A DNA stretch of 64,000 nucleotides from Candidatus Bathyarchaeota archaeon (GCA_963714275.1 CAVQNT010000007.1:128001-192000); one strand, 5' to 3'; shown: positions 1 to 11,661, counted from the first letter of the stretch. Made by a program: numbers and translations. Notes: generated from the letters alone by a model not told the origin.

Positions 1-997
1 AGAGCGGCTGAAGGTGAAATAGTTATAGAAGTCGAGGCATGCGGTATATGTGCAAGCGATCTAAAGACATATCACGGGGCTCCAAGTATTTGGGGAGGAA
101 GCGGAAACCCACGTTATATCAAGCCACCGGTGATTCCGGGTCACGAATTTCTAGGTAAGGTTGTCGAAGTCGGCTCACACGTTAAAGGAACCTTCAAGAC
201 TGATGATAGAGTGATATCTGAGCAAATTGTTCCTTGTTGGGAATGCAAGTTCTGCACAACGGGAAGATACTGGATGTGTCAGAAACACGATTTGTATGGT
301 TTCCAATCTAATGTAAATGGCGGAATGGCTGAGTATATGAAATTCACTAAGGAAGCGCTGAATCATGTTGTCCCGAAAAATATTCCAATAGAGAAAGCAA
401 TTTTGATCGAACCGTACTCATGTTCTAAACATTGTGTCGACAGAGCTAACATAGGAAATGATGATGTCGTCGTCTTGTCTGGAGCTGGGCCTCTGGGCCT
501 CGGCATGGTGGGAGCGATTAGATTGAGGAACCCAAAGACTCTAGTTGTTCTGGACATAAAAGAAAACAGATTGGATCTAGCTGAAAGATTCGGCGCTGAC
601 ATAACTATGAATCCTGCAAAGCAAAATGTTGTTGAAGAAATAAGGAAAATGACGAATAGTTATGGATGCGATGTTTATATTGAAGCTGACAGGAAATCCG
701 AAAAGCGTCCAGCAAGGACTTGAAATGATAAGAAAAATGGGTACATTCGTAGAATTCAGCGTATTTAAGGACTTGACAACTGTGGACTGGAGCATCATAA
801 GCGACCGAAAAGAGCTGAACCTTTATGGGGCACATCTTAGTCCTTACTGCTATGAAACGGTCATAGAATGGATCGGAAACGGCAAAGTTCCAACCGAAGG
901 AGTAGTAACGCATAAGTTTCCTCTTGAAAAATGGAAAGAAGCCTTTGACGTAGCTGAAAAAGGAGAGGAATCCATAAAAGTAATCTTGGTTCCTTAA
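1..997 (+). CDS. Zn-dependent polyol dehydrogenase (erythritol/L-threitol dehydrogenase-like), 5'-truncated by window, frameshift near 690
   Basis: MDR motifs GHE, CxxCxxC...C and GAGPLG; ORFs 130-723 and 662-997 join into one MDR protein. Confidence 0.85.
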
Positions 998-1185
998 AAT
1001 AACTGAAAAGAGAAATCTGAGAAACAATCTTTCCCTACGATTTCCCGGGACGTGCAGCGCGCACACTAGTTCTATGGTTCAATAAATTCGAATTAAATCC
1101 CCATACCCAAACACACACAATTTTACCCCCCACACCAATAGCGGTTCAAATCTGTTAGGACGTTCCAATCTATATACACACTTAG

Positions 1186-2653
1186 TCAGCTCAGCTGGTG
1201 CTGTGAAGCAGTAAAAGTCAAATGGGACGGTTCATTGTGATGATAGACGTTCCAGTTCAAGTAATTTGTGAAGGCTTCGTATAAGACATCCGCAACTTGG
1301 CTTCTACTGATCGCGCAATGATGCTCGAACCCTTTTTTGCATATCTCAGCAAGCAAGGATTGTAGATTGGATATATGGGCCACTCCGTAACATCCAAAGG
1401 TGTTCAAAGGGTTTTCATCCTCATTTGTCAAGAGTCCTTCACCGATGTAGGCGGATATTTCCCCTTTTACGTCGTTCGTAGATAGTCTAACGTATGTGAA
1501 TTCACCAGGTTTTAGTCGGCCGTTCACTGTTCCACAAGAGTTTGACAGTTTTACTGTCTTCTCCAAGATGCTGTGAAATCCCATTGCAATTTCATTAAAA
1601 AAATTTTTGGGTAGGTTGCCGCAGTGAAATAACACCAGTCTGTCAGGATCCTTCCCATAGTTATTGTTCAAGTCAACTAAACCGGGGGGAACTCCCGACG
1701 CTAATTGTAATGCAAGCATACTTAAGGCCCCTGTCACATCCACTTCGCAAGCAGCAGGTAGTAAGTTCTGGCTCAGCATCGACATCACAGTGCAAGGAAC
1801 GACACCAAAGTTCTCCTCCATGGATGTCCAACATTGTATAGCCACGGCGTCTAAGTCTGTTTTCGTTGATCCATCCTTTTAAAACGATGTAAAGTTTCGC
1901 CATCCTCGTAAGTCTCTCGTCAGGGATTTCATTCGTGGAGGTATCAACGTATTTTTTAATCTCCGCTACAGTATCAATAACATCCGGGTTTCTATCCTTC
2001 AACAATTGAGCTTCTACAAGTATCTCAGATAAGTCGATGGTCTCCACGCTAATACCTTGCCGTTCTAGTAGCTTCTCACTATACCTAACGGTGTTAAAGT
2101 CTGCAGGGCGCGCCCCAATCGCGCCTATACGAGCGTTTGATAACCCCTTAACAACCCTGCAGACTGAGCTGAACCATTGAATGTCGTTTTTAAACTCCTC
2201 CGACTTCAAGCCGCAAGTATGAAGCCTAGTTAGTGAGAATTTGATTCCGTATTGCTTAAGGTTGTTACAAAGTGATATCTTGCCGCAAAACGAGTCTCTT
2301 CTTTGGCCCATCTCCATTTTCTCTGGGTCGTCAGGGCTAGCCTGTACAAGTACCGGCACCCTTAATCCCGATAGCCTAATGGCGTCAGCAGCGGATTTCT
2401 CATCACCGAAATTTGGGAGAACAACTATTATTCCATCTATCCCACTGGCGTGACTCCGGAATAGTTCAGCACATTTCTTAGCTTCTCCATATGTTCCGAC
2501 AGTTCCGTATGTGGTTTCTTTTTCATCAAGCACTATCACCTTGTGTCCAATACCTTCAATAACCTTTATTGTTTCCAACCGACCTTTCTGGGCGAGTTCA
2601 ACTGGAAAGAACCCTCTATTTCCAACTATCAATCCAAAAGTGCTACTACTCAT
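1186..2653 (-). CDS. L-fucose/L-arabinose isomerase family protein (frameshift near 1850)
   Basis: N-terminal GNRGFFP, NFGDE, RRDSFCGK; C-terminal ACEVD, FHCGN, GFEHH; two overlapping ORFs. Confidence 0.85.
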
Positions 2654-2970
2654 AGAATTGTCACCAAACTTTTTTTAAACAAACTGATATAGTAAAGTAA
2701 AAATACTTGTATATTTAACTAGCTACCAAAAGAAGTCATTTTTTCACAAAATCTTTAGAATACATAGCTTATCTAGTAAGTGTTGAAAATGGTAGCAAAC
2801 AAATCTAACATTCTATATGTTTATTCCCATGACACAGATCGTTAGGGTAAACCATATGGATTTGATGTTTCTACGCCGAATATTCAGAAACTAGCAGATA
2901 CCTGTGAGTGAGCTGGGCTGGAACACCTAAAAGAGACGAATACTAATTTTATAGGTCAAATATGAGTCAT

Positions 2971-3612
2971 TTAACCTATTGTTTCATTGATAGAGTCCGC
3001 CATGGAGACTAGCAGTAAGCACATTGAAGTGGCACCTGGGTCTAGTACTCCTTTTGATCTTCCGCCCATTCTGCTTGCGCGGCCTACTTTTGCGACCATG
3101 TTTTTGGTCGAGTCTCTGCCTTCTATCGCTGCTTCTTTCATTGCGTCCAAGGCTTCTTTGAAACTCTTCTCTTCTGCCACTTGGCTTTTGACTGCCTCAA
3201 CTGCTGGTACAAGTGAATCCAGAAGTGTCTTGTCTCCAACCTTGGCTTTCCCTATTCTCTTAATACCGGCTTCGCCTGCTTTTAACATTCTTGCTAAAAC
3301 ATGAGAATCTATAGCATCTTTTCCTTCGCAGACTTTTGCCATTTCTCTGAAGAATGTGCCGTATAAGGGTCCCATTGCCCCACCTATATTGGTCATCAAT
3401 ATTCTGGAAAGGGTTTTCAAGCTGTGTGACAGGTTTCCAGGATTCTTTTTTAATTCTTCTTCGGCTATGGTGAAACCTTTGTTCATGTTTATGCCATGGT
3501 CACCGTCACCAATTGCGCCATCAATTTCGCTCAGATACTGTTTGTTTTTCTGTATGACTTTAATCATGTCATATACGATTTGGCTACCTTCCACATTGGT
3601 GAATGTTTCCAT
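2971..3612 (-). CDS. dhaL: Dihydroxyacetone/erythrulose kinase subunit L
   Basis: DGAIGDGDHG, GDKTLLD, GRAS and DPGA motifs. Confidence 0.93.
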   Translation of the reverse strand: METFTNVEGSQIVYDMIKVIQKNKQYLSEIDGAIGDGDHGINMNKGFTIAEEELKKNPGNLSHSLKTLSRILMTNIGGAMGPLYGTFFREMAKVCEGKDAIDSHVLARMLKAGEAGIKRIGKAKVGDKTLLDSLVPAVEAVKSQVAEEKSFKEALDAMKEAAIEGRDSTKNMVAKVGRASRMGGRSKGVLDPGATSMCLLLVSMADSINETIG

Positions 3613-3619
3613 AATGCTA

Positions 3620-4621
3620 TCACTTGAATTGTTTCAGTCCTACAGAGTATGCTTCGTAATCCACATACTCTTTCAGTTCTTTGTCAACTTTCATTATTGT
3701 TAAAGTAACCCCAGCCATATCCAAAGATGTGAAGTAATTGCCCACGTAGGGTCGGTATACTGCGATTTCTTTCTTTTCAAGTATGTTATATACTTCATTA
3801 TAAAGTATGTAAAGCTCCAGAATAGGAGTAGCTCCGAGACCTGAAAGCACCACAACGACTTCATCGTTTTTATTAAAAGGTAAGTCAGGTAATACAATAT
3901 TCGTTATTCTCTTAGCAATTCCTTTTGCAGTTTCCAGTTTTGTGGTTCCTAGTCCTGTTTCGCCATGGTGACCAATACCTATCTCCATCATTCCCTTCTC
4001 TATAGTGAAGTTAGGATGCCCTACTTCAGGTATTGTGCAGGGAATCAACCCAAGACTCATGCTTCTGGTATTATTAATCGCCTTTTGAGCAGCAGAAGTA
4101 ACTTCTTCCAAGCTTGCACCTATTGCTGCCTTCGCGCTTCCGATTTTCCACATAAGCACTTCACCTGTAGCCCCTCGCCTGTTTTTTCTATTTGACTTTG
4201 GGGCAGAAGGTACATCGTCATTAGCTATAACTGTTTTCACTTCTATTCCTTCATCGCTTGCCATCTCAATAGCCATGTTAACATTCATTACATCCCCTGC
4301 AAAATTTCCGATAAGACACGCCACACCTTTACCAGAATCCGCCACCTTGAAAGCATCATAGAACATTTGAGCAGGAGGAGACGAAAAAATCTCTCCTACA
4401 GCAACAGCATCAACCATGTTTTGACCAATGTAACCGATAAAGGCGGGTTTGTGACCTGAACCCCCACCAGTTACAATGCCTACTTTATCTTTTATAGGTG
4501 CTTTTCTGTATTTCAGGACTCGAGGATTAGTTGTCTTTGAGATAATCTCTGAGTGTACCTTCACATAACCCTTTATCATATCGTCGACTACATTTCCGGG
4601 ATCATTTATTATCTTCTGCAT
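3620..4621 (-). CDS. dhaK: Dihydroxyacetone/erythrulose kinase subunit K
   Basis: GGGSGHKP, GEIFSSP, GIGHHGE, TSLDMAG motifs; adjacent to dhaL. Confidence 0.93.
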   Translation of the reverse strand: MQKIINDPGNVVDDMIKGYVKVHSEIISKTTNPRVLKYRKAPIKDKVGIVTGGGSGHKPAFIGYIGQNMVDAVAVGEIFSSPPAQMFYDAFKVADSGKGVACLIGNFAGDVMNVNMAIEMASDEGIEVKTVIANDDVPSAPKSNRKNRRGATGEVLMWKIGSAKAAIGASLEEVTSAAQKAINNTRSMSLGLIPCTIPEVGHPNFTIEKGMMEIGIGHHGETGLGTTKLETAKGIAKRITNIVLPDLPFNKNDEVVVVLSGLGATPILELYILYNEVYNILEKKEIAVYRPYVGNYFTSLDMAGVTLTIMKVDKELKEYVDYEAYSVGLKQFK

Positions 4622-4624
4622 ACT

Positions 4625-6010
4625 TCACTTTCCCCCTCTATTACTAATCATTTGATCTTTGAAAGATTTTTTTTCAAGAAAATACATTCTTTCAACCTTT
4701 GGTTGAGATCCACCACCTTGAAATTCAGATTTCAACCAAGCATCTATGATTGTTTTTGCCAGTTCTGGACCTACAACTCTTGCTCCCATAGTAATTATCT
4801 GCGCGTTGTTGCTTTTCCTCAACCGTTCCGCGGAATAAACATCATGGCATGTACCAGCGTAGATGCCCTCAACCTTGTTGGCCACAATGGCCATTCCTAG
4901 CCCAGTACCACATATAAGAATCCCCCTATCAAATCTTCTCTTCCGAACCTCTGAAGCAAGGTTGTATCCTATATCGGGATAATAGATTTGTGTGTTACCT
5001 TTTGCATAATTAAGGTCCACAACGGGAATACCTTTACTTGTTAAATGTTCGAAGATGACTTTCTTGAGTATTAGCCCTTCATTATCCGAATCAATTGCTA
5101 TTTCCTTTTTAGCAATTGTTGAACTTGTAAATTCCTCTTGAGCATGTGAGACATCTTTAGCAATAGATTTCAAGTTTCTTAGTCCTTCCACTGCGAGCGC
5201 CTCACCTGATTCAGCGAATCTTCTCCATATTGCACATAGCCTATTTAGTTCCTCGAATCCCGGATCAAACGATTCGATAACTAGTGGTCCTGTATAACCT
5301 ATTGACTTTAATGCCGTGAAGAATTCTTTCCATGGTACTAATCCAGTTCCAGGTATTCCTCTGTTACTTTCACACATATGGACATATCCTAGGTATTCTT
5401 TTCCACAGGTTTTCACTGCGCCTGCGAAACTAGTCTCTTCTCTGATCATGTGGAAGGAATCCAGGTGTACCTTCACATTTCCAGTACCCACATCTTTGCA
5501 ATATCTTACAGCATCATCTGCTATATTCAAAAAGTGAGTTTCAAAACGGTTAACTGGTTCAACTGCGATGAAAAGATCATTCCTTTCTTTTGCATATTCT
5601 GCTACTTCTCTCATTGCTGCTATTGACCATTCCCATTCTTGCCCCGTTCTTGGTTTCCCCGTCAAGTATCCCCATGCTGCATAATTCACACCTCCCAATA
5701 TTCTTGACTCAAGTTCGATATTTATGTCTACTAATTTCTTCATGGAGTTCACTCCATTTGCTCTTATCTTTGAGTCCGGAGATATGAAATTGGTTTTTTT
5801 ATTGAGAGTGGTTGTGGTAATAATCTCTATGCCAGCTTCATTAGCTTTTGTTTTTACTTGCTTTATCGGGAAGGTTTCAGGATGGGCTATTGCTATATCA
5901 AGAACCTCAAATCCCAATTCTTTGGCTTTAGGTATTATCCAAAGGTCTCTTTCCGAAAAATCCTCTGACCATATGAACGAGTCAACACCAAACTTGGACA
6001 TTTTTCGCAC
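4625..6010 (-). CDS. Fusion of ketose 3-epimerase (D-psicose/D-tagatose type TIM barrel) and RpiB/DerI-type isomerase
   Basis: N-terminal EPVNRFE, LDSFH, H.CESNRGIPG; C-terminal GILICGTGLG, RKSNNAQIITMGARV, FQGG. Confidence 0.85.
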   Translation of the reverse strand: MRKMSKFGVDSFIWSEDFSERDLWIIPKAKELGFEVLDIAIAHPETFPIKQVKTKANEAGIEIITTTTLNKKTNFISPDSKIRANGVNSMKKLVDINIELESRILGGVNYAAWGYLTGKPRTGQEWEWSIAAMREVAEYAKERNDLFIAVEPVNRFETHFLNIADDAVRYCKDVGTGNVKVHLDSFHMIREETSFAGAVKTCGKEYLGYVHMCESNRGIPGTGLVPWKEFFTALKSIGYTGPLVIESFDPGFEELNRLCAIWRRFAESGEALAVEGLRNLKSIAKDVSHAQEEFTSSTIAKKEIAIDSDNEGLILKKVIFEHLTSKGIPVVDLNYAKGNTQIYYPDIGYNLASEVRKRRFDRGILICGTGLGMAIVANKVEGIYAGTCHDVYSAERLRKSNNAQIITMGARVVGPELAKTIIDAWLKSEFQGGGSQPKVERMYFLEKKSFKDQMISNRGGK

Positions 6011-6235
6011 CCTTTTTCCAATTATCGGAGTTTTTTATTTATCCTTTTTGGTCAGCTATTTAATTTAGTGCCATACTTTAGAACATTCATATCTAGCTAG
6101 CGTTGAGTTTTGTATATCGATATAAGCTGGAATCGGGAGGTATTCAAATGAAACAGAGACTACTGACAGCTAAAGAAATGCCATCTATGTGACTAGCGAG
6201 CTAGAGATATGGAAAAACGAGTGTTTTAGTTTACA

Positions 6236-6250
6236 GATTAAATTTTAATC
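6236..6250. repeat. 15-bp quasi-palindromic core site GATTAAATTTTAATC followed by CCAAC repeats
   Basis: Exact reverse complement of the 15-mer at 10584, 15209 and 19625. Confidence 0.85.
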
Positions 6251-6300
6251 CCAACCCAACCCAAGCTGACTAACTATGACTAGGAAATATATAGTCTCTG

Positions 6301-7975
6301 TTATCCTTCAGTCTGAGTCTTCGCTTTAGCTATGAGCTCAACCAAGTTCAGGATCAGTTTGTAGTTGTCCTCAACGTAGCAGAAAGGTTCATTAAGGAAT
6401 GTTAGGTCTCCGATTGCAACTACCTTGCCATTCCCCTTATTAACCAAGACAATGGTTGCGTAATTGTCCGCTTTCTCAGCAACAGAGGAACATGTGTCGT
6501 TGGAGGTCCAAGCCACTCCTTTCCCTGTTGAATGAATGCCTGCGGCTGTGAATAAGACAAGCGAATTCAGATTCCTTGTAAGAGAGTTATACTCGAAATT
6601 TTTTATGTATATATTTCTATAAATCCCGTAATGTTCAGCCTCGTTGTAGAGGTATCCTTTTGCGAAGGATATTCCGAATCTTGTTGCGAGCGAATTCACT
6701 GGGGCGATGATGCCTTGAATTAGTCCTTCCTGCCCAATGTACTCCCAAGCTGGGTCATAGAACATCAGAAGTAACCCTCCTCTATCAACAAACTCACTGA
6801 TGCTGGAACACTCTTCATCCATATAGACTTGTGTTGGACAAGCAACTATGAGGCATGAGGCGTATTCAGACTTGGCGCCCAACTCATCGGGTTGAGTGAC
6901 GAAGCTTACAGTCAAGTTTCTACTTGCGAGCTCCGCAATGAGAATATCGAGATCCCACCACGAAACCTGGTTACCGTGAGAAAGATCAACTATGACATCA
7001 CCATTACTAGATGCAGATGCTGCTGAAGAGATAGGAGAACTGGAGCTCTGAGAGGTTACTTGCGGAGGAAGATATATGTAATGTATTGCTGGAGGTGGGT
7101 GAAGACCGTCTAGAATCTTCAGTGTCAAGTTGCCTGAACTGATTGAGGTATAATTAGAGTATCCTTGCAGGGATGCATATGAGCTGCTGTTGTGTGATGT
7201 TAGCTCAATGACATTGTATGTTGATAAATTTGCTAGTCTTGCTGCCTTCCCGATTGCAGCTTGGAGAGATCCTGCCTCATCAACTAATCCCACATTCACA
7301 GACTTCGCTTCCAAGGTAAATCATCCCCTTTTCCAACTGAATTGATGATAGTTTCAGCTGACCTGTCCTGCTCTTATTTACTGCTGACACGAAATTGTCT
7401 AAGGCATGACTCATGTTGTAAGGAAAGAGAAGTGCAGAGAAGCCTGTGACCTTGTAAGGTCCAGTCTCTAATGTGGTTTCTGATGGAATAAGGGTGGATG
7501 GTCCTGTTCCAATCACACCGATGCTTCCAACAAACGATGTGGGAAGGGCGTAGACGTAATTGGCTGCCACTGCTATATAGTATCCTCCGGAAAGCGCTGT
7601 GACGATTGAAGCTACAACAGGCTTCGTTTCTTTAAGTACCATTAAGTCAAGGTAAACTTGCTCAACATAGTCCGCGTAGCCTCCTCCCGAATCAATCACG
7701 AGTACAACAGCCCTTACGGAATCATTGTGCACCGCCTGATTTACAAGATCAGTATACAAGCTGACATCTGAAGGCGTCTCCACATAACCTTCAATCCTTA
7801 TTATGCCAACGGTTCCCTTTTGTACAACTGGTATAACCGATGGGAACCTAAAAAAAACCTGCGGCAAGATTGCTGAAGCAGCCAAGATGCAGATAACGGT
7901 TATATATAGAATGTCACGTTTCCCCAACCTAAACCCTTTCCCTTCGTTGCCCACACTTGAAAAGATACTCATCAA
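6301..7975 (-). CDS. sppA: S49/SppA signal peptide peptidase with C-terminal DUF4350/GldG-like domain (frameshift near 7300)
   Basis: IDSGGG, ALSGGYYIA, VGSIGV; C-terminal VIVDLSHG and GGLLL motifs. Confidence 0.75.
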
Positions 7976-8052
7976 GAATCCTCCTTGCTCCTTTATGATG
8001 TAGGAATAGGTATAAATATTTCCGCGCGCGCTACAGCCATTGCTTTCAATTC

Positions 8053-8310
8053 TTATTTATTAAATGCGCCTTTGATGAACTTGTTGACAATGTTGATGAT
8101 AATGGATGTCGTCGTCTTCGTTCCGCTTGGAAATGCACCTCTAATGAAGGAATTAAGAATGTTAATTATGAAACCTATCATGCCAATGACGATGATACCG
8201 AGTGTGCAAACTTTTATGGTTATCCACACCTCGCTTCTGTCAGGCTTCTTAGCCAGCCGAATTAGCCTCGAACAGGACTTCAGGAAAGAGCCAAGTCCCA
8301 AATCAAACAA
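8053..8310 (-). CDS. secE: SecE/Sec61-gamma translocase subunit (with duplicated C-terminal segment)
   Basis: RLAKKPDRSE...GIIVIGMIGFII signature. Confidence 0.75.
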   Translation of the reverse strand: MFDLGLGSFLKSCSRLIRLAKKPDRSEVWITIKVCTLGIIVIGMIGFIINILNSFIRGAFPSGTKTTTSIIINIVNKFIKGAFNK

Positions 8311-8431
8311 CTCTTCAAGTTTCTACACAAAGGGAGAAACGACTTCTATATAAGAATATCATTTGATGGCTATTACATTTAAGCTAACTAATACCCTTGT
8401 CACTTTCTCATAAGGCATTCCGCACTCCTCA

Positions 8432-8737
8432 TTAATAATATATTTCATAAGTTCCGGGGCTATCGACGGTTAGGGTCGCTCCGTTAAAATTGTTGTAGGA
8501 CACATCATTTTTAGTTGCAGAGCGAATGCTCGCACCAACTTGGAAAACTATATCACCGGTGCCATTCTCTACTGTTACCTTAACATATCTTTCGCGGATG
8601 TTTATACGAAACTTGTTTATGTCCACGAGTGGCATGTCGCCACCTAATCTGTACGGAGTGTTAAATCCGTGTCCAAAATCAAGTTTTATGTTACCCTTAA
8701 TGTTAAGAACTAATGGCGCTGCAGACCAGTTAATCAT
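8432..8737 (-). CDS. Hypothetical protein (probably a fragment)
   Basis: ORF track only. Confidence 0.35.
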   Translation of the reverse strand: MINWSAAPLVLNIKGNIKLDFGHGFNTPYRLGGDMPLVDINKFRINIRERYVKVTVENGTGDIVFQVGASIRSATKNDVSYNNFNGATLTVDSPGTYEIYY

Positions 8738-9363
8738 TATGCCAGTTCCTAATGAAAATAAATCGTCACTCCATTTGTGGTAGAAACTGCCGGTTAAGGC
8801 ATTATCTTGGGTATCGTTTTCACATTATCGGTGAAAGACGGTTTACATTAACTGAGTGGCATATCTTGGTGGCTTTTACTGATAATCTAAACAAAGGAAA
8901 CATCGAAGAGTTTAAAAATTTTTTTATGGATCTCAATAAGAAATTAAAAAGTTGGATTTGGGGAGATTGCTTCTTATTTTGCGTCATTGCAGAATGTATT
9001 TCTATGAATGTCAATGTAATTCAGTAAAAATATATTTTTATGACTATGTATACTATTTTGTGCGCGAATACGTGGGCTTCAACGAGCTTTATATATTTGA
9101 TTTCAGAGCAGAAATCTACCTTTACATAATCACTAACACAATTATCATTATATCAGGGATTATATTGGCTTTTTACATTGCATGGAAAATTATGCTGTTT
9201 CCAGGAAAAACAAGTAAGTAAGGAAGATGGTTTAGCGTCTTAACCTTATTGGAAGACAAGCTTAATTTTGTAGAGTCCAAGTAAGTGTTTGTGTTTTTAA
9301 AGGTAACATTCAATGCCAAACAATATTCCCATGCTCTTATAGAATTTGCTTGTCATTTCATCC

Positions 9364-9894
9364 TTATGTTTCACTAATATTGATCCACGCTTCACCGTTT
9401 ATCGTCAAGAGGTCTTTTTTATTCTTGAAATCTTGATCCCACATGGTCACTTTTACGTTCTTCAGGTAGAGTATGTCACCATTTTTATCGAGAACATCAA
9501 TGTAGATGACAATGTATGTTTTGCTAATAGCAGGTAATGTAATGTTCACGGGCGTTGAAATCGGAGGTGAAGAAGAAGGATTCAACGGATACACCACTTG
9601 AGTCTCATAGACCAGAGTCTCATTGAATCCTTCCAGATGAAGCTTGTACACATTCTTCAGAGAACTGATCCAACTGTCAAACGAAAACGTGTAGGTCTGA
9701 TATGGATAATAGGAAAAAGTAGAACTCGAATTGATCGGCATATTTGGTACTTGACTCACGGATGAAACAATCGAATTTCTAATCACGTTTGAACCATAAT
9801 ATGTTGCCTGAACGAAAATATATGGAGCAGAGGCACCGATAACTATGCCCATCAGTATGGCACTAACAAGTAAGACCTTTTTGTTCACATCCAT
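9364..9894 (-). CDS. Hypothetical membrane-anchored protein
   Basis: N-terminal hydrophobic helix; GGAGG ribosome-binding site upstream. Confidence 0.7.
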   Translation of the reverse strand: MDVNKKVLLVSAILMGIVIGASAPYIFVQATYYGSNVIRNSIVSSVSQVPNMPINSSSTFSYYPYQTYTFSFDSWISSLKNVYKLHLEGFNETLVYETQVVYPLNPSSSPPISTPVNITLPAISKTYIVIYIDVLDKNGDILYLKNVKVTMWDQDFKNKKDLLTINGEAWINISET

Positions 9895-10062
9895 TCCTCC
9901 TACGTATATCTAGTTAGATAGTAATAATACTAAACATTAGAACAATTGTTCTAATCCTTCGAACGCCTCTATCCCTTGGTGCGGGCGGGGCATTTGTGTG
10001 TTCTAAAACGTAGACATAATAGATTTTTTGTATTTAACTAAAGTTGCCAAAGGTAAAATCAC

Positions 10063-10596
10063 ATGAGAATGCTAGTGGTTCTCGTCTCACTGTTAATGCT
10101 TTTCGCTGTCTCGGGCTACCTTACTTTTTTGGCGGACTCACCTATTCAGACTGCATTAAGTCTGCAACAAATGCAATCAGCAAAAAACGATTTTACGTCA
10201 TACTTCAACGTGTCCAACCCTCCTCGGCTTGAAAATTTCAGTTACTCATTTTCTCCTCCGGTCTCCATGAACCGTGCTGTTCAGATCGCGTTTGAAAGCG
10301 GAGGCTGGAACGAAACCTCGCTTAAAAATAGAACAATACTCGTTTTCCTAGCGTACTGCGCCTTCGTGAACAGCTCTTCGGTCAGCGGCTTCGAATTAAT
10401 AAGAGTAGTAACAGAACCGACCCAAGATTACTCGCCTGTCCAAATTGGCGACACAACCTACCGATATCTCTGGACTATCATCATCAGTCAACCTGGTCCT
10501 ATCCAAAGTATCCCGCCACCAGGCTACTATTATGTTGACGCAGCAACAGTGAACTATTGTCTCCAGGCATCATATGCTAGCCAGATTAAAATTTAA
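10063..10596 (+). CDS. Secreted hypothetical protein (PepSY-like YYVDAAT motif); stop codon falls inside the 15-bp core site
   Basis: Signal peptide; ORF ends ...QIKI* within GATTAAAATTTAATC. Confidence 0.65.
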   Translation: MRMLVVLVSLLMLFAVSGYLTFLADSPIQTALSLQQMQSAKNDFTSYFNVSNPPRLENFSYSFSPPVSMNRAVQIAFESGGWNETSLKNRTILVFLAYCAFVNSSSVSGFELIRVVTEPTQDYSPVQIGDTTYRYLWTIIISQPGPIQSIPPPGYYYVDAATVNYCLQASYASQIKI

Positions 10597-10598
10597 TC
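10584..10598. repeat. 15-bp core site GATTAAAATTTAATC followed by ~170 bp of CT-rich then CA-rich low-complexity sequence
   Basis: Exact match to 15209 and 19625. Confidence 0.9.
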
Positions 10599-10800
10599 TT
10601 TTTCTTCTTTCACCCGTTCGTTACCGTTCTCTCGTATTCGTTCACTCTCTGATTAGCCCATTCCCTCTCTCACTCTCTCTCAACACAAAAAAACAAACAA
10701 ATAAAAAAAACACACACAAAAACACACAAAAACAAAAACTTTATACGAACAGAAAAAGAGGGGGAAGTTGAAATCAGAATGATAGCAGTAGATGCTATGT

Positions 10801-11231
10801 TCACTTCTTTGGCGTGGGTACAACGCCGAGTTGCTGCATCAAGCCAAGAGTATCAAACCTTGCCCAGCCTTCAACGAACTTGCCGCCAGCAATGCGGTCG
10901 ATCTGATCCCCCACACCGTCACCTTCTTATTGGTAGGGGGGATGCCCATCAATTCACCTTTATGTGTGCCAGTAAATGTCCAGCGTGCGGCTACCTTGTC
11001 TCCTTCGACGACCATGTCATCCAAGGTCCAATAAATGTCGGAAAACGCGTCATAGTACGCGCTCATAAATTGTTTGAAGTCTTTGAGACCGCGTATATCG
11101 CTGCCTATGCCACTATGAAAGACGTAGTTAGTGGCGTATGTCTCGTCTATTCCGGCCATGGTGGTCGCCTTCCCCTTGTTCCACTCCTCATAAATCCGAC
11201 GCGTGAGTGCCTTAAGATCTTTTGCTGACAT
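10801..11231 (-). CDS. SnoaL-like ester cyclase (frameshift near 10905)
   Basis: DDMVVEGDKVAARWTFTGTHKGELMGIPPTNKKV; the other frame gives DRIAGGKFVEGWARFDTLGLMQQLG. Confidence 0.88.
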
Positions 11232-11350
11232 GACAAATCACCCGCTAAGAATAAGTGAGTGCGCGTGAATATTTAAGCTTAAATAATTCATTGAGCAGAA
11301 GAAAAAAGAAAAGAAATTCTCGATAGAAGTTAGAAATCAAAATTAGGCGT

Positions 11351-11419
11351 TCTGGGAATCCATGTTTCTCTTTCGCCTCTCAGAAACTTGAATAACAAGG
11401 CTTCTTCATTAATCAGCGT
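11351..11419 (-). pseudogene. cas1: 3'-terminal remnant of a cas1 paralogue
   Basis: Translates TLINEEALLF-KFLRGERETWIPR versus the intact Cas1 C-terminus TLINEEALIFAKYLRGERETWAPR. Confidence 0.85.
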
Positions 11420-11628
11420 TTTTCTTCCGTTTACCCTATACTGCCTGACTCAGTATTAATCAGCGTCCTATCCTAGCTAGTATAGTGCACACACAGTTAG
11501 TATCAGCGTCCATCTCTATGCCTTAACCAACCACTACCTTTTCTTGCAGTGCTCTGCCTTATTTCCAGAATCATAGCAGAGCAGTCCATCTAATGCTTTG
11601 ATTCCATTGATTTTTTTGTGTGTGTGTG

Positions 11629-11661
11629 CATTAAAATTTAATCCCAAAACCCAAAACCCAA
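11629..11661. repeat. Core site CATTAAAATTTAATC with (GT)n before it and CCCAAAA repeats after it
   Basis: 14/15 match to the consensus core. Confidence 0.85.

Noticed and set aside
1081-1140. Additional core site with a CCCCATACCCAAACACACAC arm
   Set aside because: The arm resembles the family, but the palindromic core is too degenerate to call.
10574-10771. ORFs over low-complexity arms (also 59094-59309)
   Set aside because: Translations merely reflect CA/CT tracts of the repeat arms; no protein features.
11408-11510. Short local repeats of ATCAGCGT (three copies)
   Set aside because: Too short and irregular for a mini-CRISPR; probably rearrangement debris next to the cas1 remnant.
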